Shown: positions 47,877 to 59,730 of the stretch, one piece after another | How the letters are laid out: the number at the start of each line of letters is the position of its first letter | Position numbering within the stretch: position 1 is the first letter of the stretch | Assembly: GCF_964188315.1 (NCBI RefSeq) | Contig: NC_135664.1 | Coordinates: 16,740,001-16,804,000 of the forward strand | Direction: 5' to 3' | DNA length: 64,000 bases | Source: Podarcis muralis | Lineage: Eukaryota | Position numbers and translations under genes: made by a program | The notes under the pieces: model-generated | Databases searched by the model: none | What the model saw: the letters and a program-made list of their open reading frames with translations, nothing else | What the model was told of the DNA's origin: nothing

Positions 47877-48239
47877 GGACGTGGGTGGCGATGTGGTCTA
47901 AACCACTGAGCCTCTTGGGCTTGCCGATCGGAAGGTCAGCAGTTCGAATCCCCATGACGGGATGAGCTCCCGTTGCTCTGCCCCAGCTCCTGCCAACCTA
48001 GCAGTTCAAAAGCTTGCCAGTGCAATAGGTACCGCTGCAGCGGGAAGGTAAATGGCATTTCCGTGCACGCTGGTTTCCGTCATGGTGTCCCATTACGCCA
48101 GAAGTGGTTTAGTCATGCTGGCCACATGACCTGAAAAGCTGTCTGTAGACAAACGCCGGTACCCTCAGCCTGAAAGCGAGATGAGTGCTACAACCCCATA
48201 GTCACCCTTGACTAGACGCAACCTTTACCTTTTTTTTAC
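47877..48239 (+). mobile_element. Sauria SINE, full length, variant C
   Basis: 10-bp TSD ctagataggt. Confidence 0.9.
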
Positions 48240-50116
48240 CTAGATAGGTAAATGGTCAGAGTAGGTGAAAGTTGTAGTATAGCAACTTTAGTATTATAGG
48301 TTTTTCTCCCTTCTTTAGAGAATCTTGTTTTCCCCTCTTTGAAAATAACCCACCTCTTGAGTTAACGTAACGAATTTTAGGCAACAACAACAAAAAAGGA
48401 TACACCAGCTCCCTCCTTATCCATATTTATGTATTCTGAAATAGGACAATAATAAGGATTAGAATGCTTCTAAAATACCAAAGACAACGCATCAGACAGC
48501 TGAAGAAATACAGGGAAGTACTTCTATTTATATTTACTGCTATGCAACAAAAATTCCTAACCGTTTGCTGAATTTGCACCATCAGCAGCTAAGCAGCGAA
48601 CAGCAATGTTTAGTGGTTTAATCTGTCACAACTCCAGAGCTAAAAACTAAGCTCTAATGAATTTCCTGCAGCTGAAACAGTGAATTTATTTAAATACTCT
48701 CTTTACTATGAATTGCAAAACTATAAAACAAACAGACAAACATTTGTGCTTTCAACAGAAGCAGTCAGTCAAAATAAGAAAGGGGGCCATTTTTCATTTG
48801 TGCTAAAAGTTTGTCAGATCAATTAAATTATGTGAAATGGCCACACCTGATTCTAAGGTGACAGATCCTCGTGATTACTATTGCTCTGGTATTTGCTAAG
48901 CAAAAACAACTGCTTTCTCTAATGGAAAAAGAAAATTCTGCAAAAATACTAGGGAATCACATTCCATGCCTTATTTTCCTTCCTTCTGAGAAACAGGGAT
49001 TTCTGTCAAACAGTAGCCCCAGATCAACTTCGGTACCTGAAAATACGAAGTCATAGATCCACATTTGTTGATAACACAAGTCTTATCAAAGCAGTCAAAG
49101 CCAGGGATTGTGGTTGCTCCTGGCTCATGCTAAGGGAGGAGAGAAGCAGGCGCCATTGGCTTGTTCACAGTAAACCATTAACTATACTTTAGCCTTCTGA
49201 AGTATTAAGTCCAACTGAAATGTGCTACTGGGCAGAGGCGCAGCAGGTCTCTACGTCAGCTGTATTGTTTAATGTTCTAACCGTCACTTTTCCAGCAGTG
49301 TTAGCATACCAGCACATCTGCCCAAGCCAAAGTTGTTTCCTTGGGTTAAGGAGGAAATCTGGCGTGCTTTGGCTACAACTAAAGTTACATCATCTCATGC
49401 TCTCTTCTACATTTCACAGATGAAATTAGGCAAAGCTACCTGAGCAACCCCTCCACAATGCATCACTGAAAGCTGTTCCATGTCTGTTGTACAATGTATT
49501 AATGCTTTCTTCAACAGTCCACTGGCTTCTGAAGTAGCCTGTATTAGTGAAACTGACTGTGGCACTTTTACAAAGCAGCTTGTGCTTAAAAATTGCAACT
49601 CAAAGCACGTTCAGCAATAATTTACTATGTGGCTAGGTAGTTATGGTGACATGGGAAACAAGAGGCACAAGAGCATTTTATGTTCAGGTGAATTCACTGT
49701 CATACAAAGTTTTCCTGGAACAGATGTTAAGCTAACTGGGAAAAACTTCAATAGTTTCACCCTGGATCCTTGCTTTATTGCTACCATTTCAGTGAATGAT
49801 TTAAAAGGAAATCAAAAGCAATGGATTATGGGATAGATAACTGAGTCTTGCTGTATCAGATTGTGGTGGAAATGAATCTATTGGTGTGACAGTATTAACC
49901 CCCCCCCCAAATAAATCCAAAACACCCCCAACCTTCTATTTTGTCCATTGTGAAACATGCTGGTAGCATTTGCTCTTGCTTTCTGATGGACTTCCTGGTT
50001 TTGTTTTTAAATGTGCACGTGAACAGGTACCTACCTGCATGCATGACGGGAATGGAAAAAAAGAGGCTGTGTATAGCAAGGGCAGGGAGTGATTCCCAGG
50101 CAGGACCAAACATTTA

Positions 50117-50601
50117 CCGTATTTTTCGCCCTATAGGACGCACTTTTCCCCCTCCAAAAATGAAGGGGAAATGTGTGTGCGTCCTTTGGGGCAAATGCAG
50201 GCTTTTGCTGAAGCCTGGAGAGCGAGAGGGGTCAGTGCGCACCGACCCCTCTCGCTCTCCAGGCTTCGGGCAGCTCTCCGCAAGCCTTGGGAGCCCGGCG
50301 CGACTTCCCACCGGGCTCCCAAGGCTTGCGGACAGCAGCCTGCAGCCCGAAACCCGGGGAGCGCAGCGGAGCATGCCCTGGGCTTCAGGCAGATACCCGC
50401 AAGCCTGGGGAGACCGGCGGGAGTTCCTGCCGGTCTCCCCAGGCTTGCGGATAGCAGCCTGTTCTGGGGGCTGGAGTAAGCTCGGGCTTCCCCTGCCCCA
50501 GCCCCGTGCCTGGGGGGGAAATATTTTTTTCTTTATTCCCACCCCGCAAAAAACTAGGTGCACCCTATGGGCTGGTGCGCCCTATAGGGCGAAAAATACG
50601 G
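50117..50601 (+). mobile_element. Non-autonomous Tc2/pogo-like element with a hairpin-array core
   Basis: TIR ccgtatttttcgccctatagg / cctatagggcgaaaaatacgg; TA flanks; perfect 24-, 21- and 22-bp internal stems. Confidence 0.9.
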
Positions 50602-51325
50602 TACATACATATGTTCTGTCATGCTCCACCCCCTGGTATAAGGGGCAAGCAGTAGAGTAGCAAAGAATATGAAGAATTAAAAACAAAAAAAAACAAAAAA
50701 AAAACAGAAATGTGCGGAAGCTAATGTGGCAATTGCACACACAGAAAATTGAATCTGCATGGTCCATCTGCAGTATTGTCTGGAAACACACTTATAGAAG
50801 AGAAATTTAAAGCCATCTAAATTCTCCACTACCGGTAAAGCAGGTTGGGTGCCACTAGCTCCATATTTCACCAATGACTTTCTTGTTTACAGTACAAAGA
50901 TCAACTTTTAAAGACTACATTTGGACTTCCCCTGGTCTAAACAAATAAGGAACAGCTTTCCATAATATGCATATGGCTCTGTCTATAAGCACGACTACAC
51001 AAATAGGAAACTGTTGCAAACTGTACAACACTCCTGACCAAGCGAGAGATACCTTTCTTCTTCTAAATTAGGAACCACAAGAAAACAAGCACGTCCTCTG
51101 GTTTTTACCTTTGTATTGCATTAATGAAAGCCACTGTTTAAGAGATCACAGGTACAGTAATTCTTTAAACCTAGCAGTCCATTTGCAAAACATAAGAGAA
51201 CGTTTGAAACTAGAACAGAATTTAGAACATAGATGCACCCAGTGGAGCAGCAGTTTATAAGCTGACAAATGCCCTGATCCTAACCAAATTTACGCAGTAC
51301 TAATTTTTACTGATTTCAGTTTAAT

Positions 51326-51584
51326 ATCCTGAAGCTGAGGCTCCAATACTTTGGCCACCTCATGAGAAGAGAAGACTCCCTGGAAAAGACCCTGATGTTG
51401 GGAAAAATTGAGGGCCCAAGGAGAAGGGGACAACAGAGGACGAGATGGTTGGACAGTGTACTCGAAGCTACCAGCATGAGTTTGACCAAACTGTGGGAGG
51501 CAGTGGAAGACAGGAGTGTCTGGCGTGCTCTGGTCCATGGGGTCACGAAGAGTTGGACACGACTAAACGACTAAACAACAACAA
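51326..51584 (+). mobile_element. RTE Bov-B LINE 3' end
   Basis: MRREDSLEKTLMLGKIEGPRRRGQQRTRWLDSV...WRALVHGVTKSWTRLND, (caa)n tail. Confidence 0.93.
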
Positions 51585-51966
51585 CATACTTGTTACAAGT
51601 TGGTGTGCTTAACATTGCAGCCTTCGTTAGGATGAGAGCACACAATTAAAACCATTTGGGGGGGGGGGAGAGTGACTCCCTTTGCCACAGCTGTGTAAAA
51701 TTGCAGTTCAACTTTCCATGTTAAGTGGCAATTTGGCACCATACAAACCTGTAATTTCTCCCGTTAATCTTTAATGAAAGGAAATGTACATTTATTAACT
51801 CACAAGTCAAGGTAAATTTAACAAATTTTACCATCCATTCTAGCATCTCTGTCAGCAGATGGATCTCGAGTCAGAAATCTAAAACTCTGCTCTCACAGTT
51901 TACATCTCCTATGATTTCATTTCCTTATCTGGGGACAGCATTTTCACTTCAGACCTGAACCGTGGT

Positions 51967-52353
51967 AAAAGGTGAAAGGTAAACGACCCCCTGGAGGGTT
52001 AAGTCCAGTCAATGGTGACTATGGGGTTGCAGCGCTCATCTTGCTTTCAGGCCAAGGGAGCCGGCATTTGTCCACAGACAGCTTTCCGGGTCATGTGGCC
52101 AGCATGACTAAATGGCTTCTGGTGCAACGGAACACTGTGACCGAAACTAGAGCACACGAAAATGCTGTTTACCTTCCTGCCGCAGCGGTACCTATTTATC
52201 TACTTGCACTGGCGTGCTTTCGAACTGCTAGGTTGGCAGGAGCTGGGGCATAGCAACAGGAGCTCATCCCATCATGGGGATTCGAACCATCGACCTTCCG
52301 ATCAGCAAGCCCAAGAGGCTCAGTGGTTTAGACCATAGCACCACCCTTGTCCT
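51967..52353 (-). mobile_element. Sauria SINE, full length, variant C
   Basis: Head accactgagcctcttgggcttg and core match 47877; TSD not clear. Confidence 0.9.
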
Positions 52354-52468
52354 TCATCTGCCTCAGAAATTTAAAAAACTGCCTCAGAATTTTTTTAAAA
52401 AATCACTGTAAAGTTGCACCAGCACAGGCAGAATGTAAGCTTGGAAGGAAAGCTCAGCTCTTCATTTA

Positions 52469-52700
52469 CAGTGGTACCTCGGGTTAAGAACTTAATTCGT
52501 TCTGGAGGTCCGTTCTTAACCTGAAACTGTTCTTAACCTGAGGTACCACTTTAGCTAATGGGGCCTCCCGCTGCTGCTGCCGCTGCGCCGCCACCACCCA
52601 ATTTCTGTTCTCATCCTGAAGCAAAGCTCTTAACCTGAGGTACTATTTCTGGGATAGTGGAGTCTGTAACCTGAAGCGTCTGTAACCCGAGGTACCATTG
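52469..52700. mobile_element. Tigger-like MITE
   Basis: TIRs cagtggtacctcgggtta / taacccgaggtaccattg; TA flanks. Confidence 0.9.
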
Positions 52701-53444
52701 TATTATGCAAGAAGTCGCAGAACTGGAATATTTATTGCATTTTTTAATTAACACGTTGCTTTTGCTTTTTGACTGCATGTATCAGTTGGATTTCTACAGA
52801 CAGGGCAAAGGGGAATCACAGGATCTATTTGTGTGGGTTGGAGTAGGCCTGACACTTCCTGGTTTAAAATCTCACTTCAGCCAGCAATGAACTCACTGGG
52901 TAGCCTCATTCATTGCTTTTCCTGACCCAGCTTGCAGATACACAGTAGCTACAATATGGGGAAAGTACTGGCCTTTCCCCCCAAGACAGTTGCAAGGGTT
53001 ACTTATGTATAACATTATGTAACAATATTAAAGTCAAAGAGGATATAGTGTTATGATGTACTGGATGTCATCGACTTAATTGAACACTGCTCATATATGC
53101 GTGGTGGAGAAAATATACTCTCAGGCTTAGAAGCTAGCAAACGTTTACTGCCAAGAAACACATTGTTGTGGAATTGGGTTGGGTTTTTTTGCCCCCGCTT
53201 CCCTCTTCTATAAATAACTCGCATATTTTGTCTGGCTTGCAGCTTATTAGGTCTTCTGGTTTGTTGCTCGTGTCTACTTATGTTCATCTAATAGCTTTTG
53301 GTCCGTCTAATTTTCTTTTTGAGAAGTGCACCTTATTTTCCACTTCTCTAGCTTTTCTTTCTAAGCCTTAACTGCCTAAAATACAGACACATTCAAAACA
53401 CTACCAAATCCTTTGTCACATAAATACAAAACTGATTAACAACA

Positions 53445-53710
53445 CACTGTGAGAAGCCAAGTGACAGGGAACCAGGCAGAGGGCCTTATCGGTAGTGGCG
53501 CCCACCCTGCGGAACGCCCTCCCACCAGATGTCAAATAGAAAAAACAACCACCAGACTTTTAGAAGACATCTGAAGGCAGCCCTGTTTAGGGAAGCTTTT
53601 AATGTTTGATACATTAATGTATTTTAATATTTTGTTGGAAGCCGCCCAGAGTTGCTGGGGAAGCCCAGCCAGATGGGTGGGGTATAAATAAATTATTATT
53701 ATTATTATTA
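53445..53710 (+). mobile_element. L2 LINE 3' end with (TTA)n tail
   Basis: Highly similar to 46442. Confidence 0.87.
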
Positions 53711-54019
53711 ACAAAACATATTATGAGAAATTAAAGTCCAGCAGATTGATTAGGAAATACAATCTATTCAGTTCTTATATTGTCAATATCCACGGTGTGG
53801 AAGTCTTATATCAATCTTGTAGTGTTCCAGTGAAGATGCTTTTAAGATGTATACCTGCATACAAGGAACACTAGAATTCTTAAAAGCATCCTCATGTGGA
53901 ACACTGCAAGACTGATACAAGATTGATATAAGACCATGGATACTGTCAATATAAGAAATGAATAGATTGTATTTACTGATCAATCTGCTGGACTTTAATT
54001 TCTCATAAAATGTTTCAGT
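53711..54019. repeat. 309-bp fold-back (long inverted repeat), probable MITE
   Basis: Arms 53711-53847 and 53878-54019 are reverse complements with few mismatches and indels; 30-nt spacer; TA on both flanks. Confidence 0.88.
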
Positions 54020-54203
54020 TATATCATACATTGGTCTATAGAACCATGTATTTTGATATGATATGTTGAATCACATTTAAAAAGAATTTATATAATTACA
54101 TACAGCCTGTTACGTTGTTTGTGTTGTTATTAATATACAGACACAGCAATTGTGCAGCACCTTTCCCAGGTGACAGTGTTATTTCAGTTTGGAAAGTTGA
54201 AGT

Positions 54204-54458
54204 AGAAGAAGAAAAAGAAGAGTATGGATTTGATATCCCACTTTATCACTACCCTAGGGAGTCTCAAAGTGGCTAACAATCTCCTTTCCCTCCCTCCCTC
54301 CACAACAAACACTCTGTGAGGTGAGTGAGGCTGAGAGACTTCAAAGAAGTGAGACTAGCCCAAGGTCACCCAGCAGCTGCATGTGGAGGAGCGGGGAAGC
54401 GAACCCGGTTCACCAGATTACGAGTCCACCGCTCTTAACCACTACACCACACTGGCTC
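54204..54458 (-). mobile_element. Squam3-like SINE
   Basis: Reverse complement of the 23971/43123 family. Confidence 0.9.
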
Positions 54459-54580
54459 ATGTAAGTAAGGTAAAGTCTCCCTGCACTTCACTCCCACTAT
54501 GGCTTCATCAGTACAATCTGAATCAGCCAGGATGCTCAGCAATGCCCATCAGCCCACTAGCATAGAAACTGCATCTAGAC

Positions 54581-54716
54581 CAGCGTTTCCCAAAGTTGGG
54601 TCTTCAGCTGTTTTTGTACTACAGTTCCCATCACCCCTGACCACTAGTCCTGCTAGATAGGGACGATGGGAGTTGTAGTCTGTACACAGCTGGGGACCCA
54701 ACTTTGGGAAACCTTA
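54581..54716. mobile_element. hAT MITE (URR1-like)
   Basis: cagcgtttcccaaagttggg / cccaactttgggaaacctta; perfect 8-bp TSD atctagac. Confidence 0.88.
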
Positions 54717-54862
54717 ATCTAGACTTTAGTTACCAAAGCACCTTAAACATTACCATACATATTGTGGGTATAGGTTTTTGTGGGCTAGGATGTACTGCAG
54801 CAGTGACATTTTAAGGGTTGTCATCAACAGGAGTGGGTGTGTACAAGCACACATGCATGAGC

Positions 54863-54923
54863 CAGGTTTTTCCCCCCCAGCCGGAACTCACCAGAACGTC
54901 ACCTCTTTTCTAGAAAAACCCTG
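54863..54923. mobile_element. 61-bp minimal hAT-like element next to the gap
   Basis: Ends caggtttttc / gaaaaaccctg; left flank gcatgagc, right flank gcatg then N. Confidence 0.55.
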
Positions 54924-54928
54924 GCATG

Positions 54929-55119
54929 NNNNNNNNNNNNNNNNNNNNNNNNNNNNNNNNNNNNNNNNNNNNNNNNNNNNNNNNNNNNNNNNNNNNNNNN
55001 NNNNNNNNNNNNNNNNNNNNNNNNNNNNNNNNNNNNNNNNNNNNNNNNNNNNNNNNNNNNNNNNNNNNNNNNNNNNNNNNNNNNNNNNNNNNNNNNNNNN
55101 NNNNNNNNNNNNNNNNNNN
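54929..55119. other. Assembly gap (191 N)
   Basis: Run of N. Confidence 0.99.
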
Positions 55120-56540
55120 TGGAATATAAGAACACCACACAAGATTTTTCTAGGCAAAGCTCAGGCACGTAGAAGGCAAACACAGTGGCTATACAGAGTA
55201 TCAGTCATTGGCAAACAACACAATGTTGTCATGATTCAACCCCTGTAGCTGAGGAAAACACCTTGGTTCTGACTGAATCCTAACAAACGCAGTAACAGCT
55301 TTCTGGGTCTAAAGGTCATTTCAGGATCCTATCGCAATGCCCACTATCCTTATCCCCTCTTGACTATTTCTAACACAAGAGCAAAGGAGAGCTGATGTGT
55401 CTTTCTGACCTTCACTTCTGTTTCAAAACAGAAGGAAGGGAATGTTCTTGGGTTTAAGCAGCTGGCAGTGGCTTGTACTGATCTAAATCTGCCTGTGTAG
55501 AGAGCTGGGAGCACTTACTCTCTTATTTCTATTCATCACCTTTCACTCAAAATTTACACAGCCAGTTAAACAATAACTAGGACATATCTGACAGTAGCAC
55601 CTACCATGCCCAACTGCTTAATGGCCTGTCATTATACTTTTTGTGGCTGGGCAGTGTGACCATAAAATGAATTCCCCCTGCCCCTAAAAATGTTTGGTTT
55701 TTTTTTTAAAAGAAAGATGTCCAACAAGATTTTAGGTCTAGGAACATTTTCCTCCTTTTTTGAGGCAATGAATTTTGCAAAACTGCTGATCTAGGGAAAT
55801 TTTCTTGGATGGCTCTCCTGGAGAAACTAAATTCTAAACACTACATTTTTTTTCTTTTTTGCAACTCACTTAAGAGGCATCAAACATGTGCAGCAGAACG
55901 GCAACAAATATGCTCAGCTCCACTTAGATATTCAACAGGTTCTCATGAGACCGGAATAAGTGTCAGATTTGTGTTGTAAAAATTAACTCACATTGCTGGA
56001 GCCCACATGCAAAGTGAATGTGTCACCTAAGCTCATACTGAAAACGCGACCTCTGTCTAACAAAGTTTAAGCGGAAAAATACTTGCTGAATAATGGTGAA
56101 GTGTTAAGATTGTGGCCTGGCATGCAAAGCTTCTCAAGGGTTGAGACTGGCTGGCAGTGGCTTGCTAAGTGATATTTAATACAGTAAATATTAAATATAT
56201 TTAATACATCTGCTTGCTAGTTGGATTGCTTTTTGCTTCGTTTTCATTTTGAGGTTGCCACCTACCTCAAGGCTCTGGAGAAATCAGGTTATGAATAAAA
56301 TAAACCAAATAAATTGTGTTGATTCTTACCCATTTCATTAAAGACAACGTACTCTAGATCAATACAGAGTATTACTGCCAGATGACCAATCTGTGTTTGT
56401 CAATCATTCGGGGAAGCTGGGACAGGATTCTTTAATTTTATTTTTTAATATCAACACAGGGAAGCAAATTTTGATAACCTCAGACCCAAATTCATCGTGC
56501 AAATCTGCTGCCTGCAAACCCTGCCCGCGTTTCTGCTTGG

Positions 56541-56676
56541 AGCACACTTGCCCAACCTGGTGCTCTCCCAGGTGTGATGGATTACAAACCCCATCATCCC
56601 TAACCACAGGTCATGCTGGTAGAGCATGGTGGATGTTGTAGTCGAACATCTGAAGGGCACCAGATTAGGAAAAGCT
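56541..56676. mobile_element. Old URR1-like hAT MITE
   Basis: Degenerate ggattacaaaccccatcatccc...ggatgttgtagtc hairpin with cccaacctggtgc / gcaccagattagg ends. Confidence 0.6.
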
Positions 56677-57556
56677 AGTTTGGAGGACTGAGTTAAAAGT
56701 TTCAGAAATTCAATCTGTCCCTAGATGATAATGATGATGATTTTGTTGCAATGAACTCTACATCAGAGAGCACAGGCTGACCGACCTAAAATCTCATACC
56801 ATTTCTTAACTAACCCACTGTGCGAATGCCAAATTAGGAAATAACTGGTGTGTCATTGGAGTACTTATTCATAAACCTACAATGCAAAATATTGCAGCTC
56901 AGAGGCAAAACTAGCTAGAGAAATCCTCGGTGGCTCCACATCAGAGTTGCACAGGACAGCTTTCTCGTTTGATCTTCCATTTCCAACCACCCTGAGGTGT
57001 ACTTTGATTTCTTAAACTAAAGAATACAAGAACAGAAAACCCAAATCCCGCTGATGCCAATGAGCTGAACAAGGCCTTATTTATGCCAGAAGTGCACAAA
57101 ACGAGAGATTCGGCGTTTTGATTTAAAGCCATATGGGCTTCCGTTCAATATCTCTTTCTTCCCAGCCTTAAGCTGTTTCCTTAAGCAAAGTCCCAAATGA
57201 AGCAAGCAGAAAATTATACGTATGTGATATCATCAAATACGGACATGGGGGTCCATATTTCTAGGCGGAAAACCCTAATGTGCAGTTAAAAGCCCTACCT
57301 TGACTGCGTACTTAATTTGCAGATTGATGAGCTCCCTTCTCTTTCAAAATCTTGAATTTCTGTTTCAACACAGTGCTCACAGATCAGAAAAGGAGACATG
57401 GATTTCAATACTAATATTACGACTGCTAATAGCAGAGAACGAGGGTCAGGGCCTGAGCACAGGCAGGAATAGAGAGCCTGTTGCCCACCAGATGTTGATG
57501 CACTACAACATCTGTAGGGAGGAGGCAACACTGTTGGCTATCTGTCATGGATGCTT

Positions 57557-57626
57557 TAGCTGAGATTCCTGCATTGCAGGGGGTTGGACTAGATGACCCT
57601 GGGGACCCAACTCTATGTTTCTATGT
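57557..57626 (+). mobile_element. CR1 3' tail
   Basis: ttcctgcattgcagggggttggactagatgacc...ccaactctatgtttctatg. Confidence 0.8.
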
Positions 57627-57806
57627 TCCCCATCTTTGCCACATGATATGGCATATACTGAGCAAAGTGGTAACAACTGCTTTACTACCAGGTGTATTAG
57701 AATTCCCCTGGCTGCAAAAAAGTGCACACATTCAAGCCTTCTTTGCAATCACGAGAGCTAAACATTTTGCTTAAATGTAAAACTATTAATGTAAAACTAT
57801 TAAGAA

Positions 57807-58161
57807 GGGATGCGGGTGGTGCTGTGGGTTAAACCACAGAGCCTAGGACTTGCCGACCAGAAGATCGGCGGTTCAAATCCCCGCGATGGGGTGAGCTCCC
57901 GTTGCTCGGTCTCTGCTCCTGCCAACCTAGCAGTTCGAAAGCACGTCAAGTGCAAGTAGATAAATAGGTACTGCTCCGGCAGGAAGGTAAACGGCGTTTC
58001 CGTGTGCTGCTCTGGTTCGCCAGAAGAGGTGTAGTCATGCTGGCCACATGACCCAGAAGCTGTACGCCGGCTCCCTCGGCCAATAAAGCGAGATGAGCGC
58101 CGCAACCCCAGAGTCGGCCACGACTGGACCTAATGGTCAGGGGTACCTTCACCTTTACCTT
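57807..58161 (+). mobile_element. Sauria SINE, full length, variant A
   Basis: 14-bp TSD taaaactattaaga. Confidence 0.93.
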
Positions 58162-59665
58162 TAAAACTATTAAGATGGTGTGGTAAGATAGCAAGATAGC
58201 ATATACTATGCTTATTTCCCCCCCCCCCCCAGAGCAGTAGGTGTGTTTGCCTGCTACAGCAAAAACAGAAAGTCCCGCAACACATAAAAGGCGAGCAAAT
58301 TTATTATTATGGCATGAGATTAATCAAAGATTTCACTTGGCGCCTCTGAAAAAAAGGACTTTAACCCATAAGAGCTCACTTCATAAGAAACCGACGAATT
58401 AGAAAATTCATCAGGACTTGTAGTCTTATTTTTGTTGTTCATGTACCAGAGTTTCCAGACCGTTGCATCAGTGAAGCCTACTCATAAGGCAAATGGTATG
58501 CCAGCTGGTTGCTCCCCTTCCTCTTCGGCAGTTTTCATGGGAGTGGAGAAAAATAAATTAAAACCCTCTGGGGTTGCTAGGCAACTGCAGGGTGGGATAT
58601 TAACCACTCCTGTGCCAACTGTTGATAATTTCCATGCAATCGCCAACCAACCACGATGAATTTTATTCTCCATCAATGTCAGGCACCGCTATATTGACTT
58701 TGATGGTACAGATGATCACACTCCCCATTACATGGGTATATTAGATTAGGGGGCGGGGGGGGGGAGAAAGAGGAGGAATTGTGACTGGCGGGACAGTCCT
58801 TGGTGCCCAAACCAGCTGCTGCAAAGCTCTGAAAATGGACAGGCATTTACATATAATTTTTTGTAACAAATTGGGAGCCCACAGCTTGAGTTGATCAGCA
58901 GCTGCAGGCCATATCATTTTGTGTGTGTGTGCGCGTGCTGCAATTTAGCACAACCAAGCGGGAGAAACCCTAGGCACAATGTAAAAGGCTACAAAAAAAA
59001 ATAGATAAATAAGCAAATGGGGCTATTTGCATGACTAGTTCCACCCTGCATGCCTAATTAGCAAGGCAATCTTCAAAAGATTTCTGGTAGGCAGTTTTAA
59101 TCACAAACAACCCTATTCCCCTTTGCATGCTTCTCTTATAAGTCTCATGGTAGAGGAAAAACTAATCCTTTAAAAAAAAAAAAAAGGGGGGGGGGAGAAC
59201 AGCATTTGCTTAGCATATCTAGTCCTACAATAACAAAACCCGTTTCTGCTTAGTTTGGAGCAGGACATTCTGTACTGTTTTGGCAAAACAGGAGTTTTAG
59301 GAAATATTCATAATGTAATCAAACATGAGCAGATATCTTATCAGAGTGATTAAAACGTATTTAGCACTGTGCATGCACAGTTGCCACTGTCTACAAAGTT
59401 GAGTTGTTCATGCACAAAAAAATCCTGCAATTCACCTCAATTACTTTAAGCGATTATTACGTTACATGTTTTCGTTTGAGCTGGCCTCATTTTTTTTACA
59501 TTGTCAAAAATTAACAGAAACTCCTGAACTAACGTGTAATTATGTAGATTGCATAACACCAGATTTAAGGGCTGCACTGCTAACGTTTTCCCATGCTTTG
59601 CAATGAAGACTATCAACGCTGCTACAGCCTCTAGCTTTTTAAACACTACCCATTTTGACATTTTC

Positions 59666-59730
59666 ACAGGGGTCTCCAACCCTTTTGGTCTAGTGGGGAC
59701 TTCTCAAATTTTGAGAGAGTGCTGTAGGTG
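59666..59730. mobile_element. hAT end fragment
   Basis: caggggtctccaaccctttt is a hAT-type terminus; no partner end found. Confidence 0.4.

Noticed and set aside
50035-50066. Alternative short UTR-exon candidate with donor CAG|GTAGGT
   Set aside because: The body is itself pyrimidine-rich and intron-like; weaker than 45697-45755.
54778-55248. ORFs spanning the N run
   Set aside because: Artefacts of translating the assembly gap.
58980-59140. Cluster of octamer (atttgcat), taatta and forkhead-like motifs; also TAATGAAAT near 27543 and an AP-1 site near 38696
   Set aside because: Short motifs are expected by chance and cannot be supported without conservation or chromatin data.
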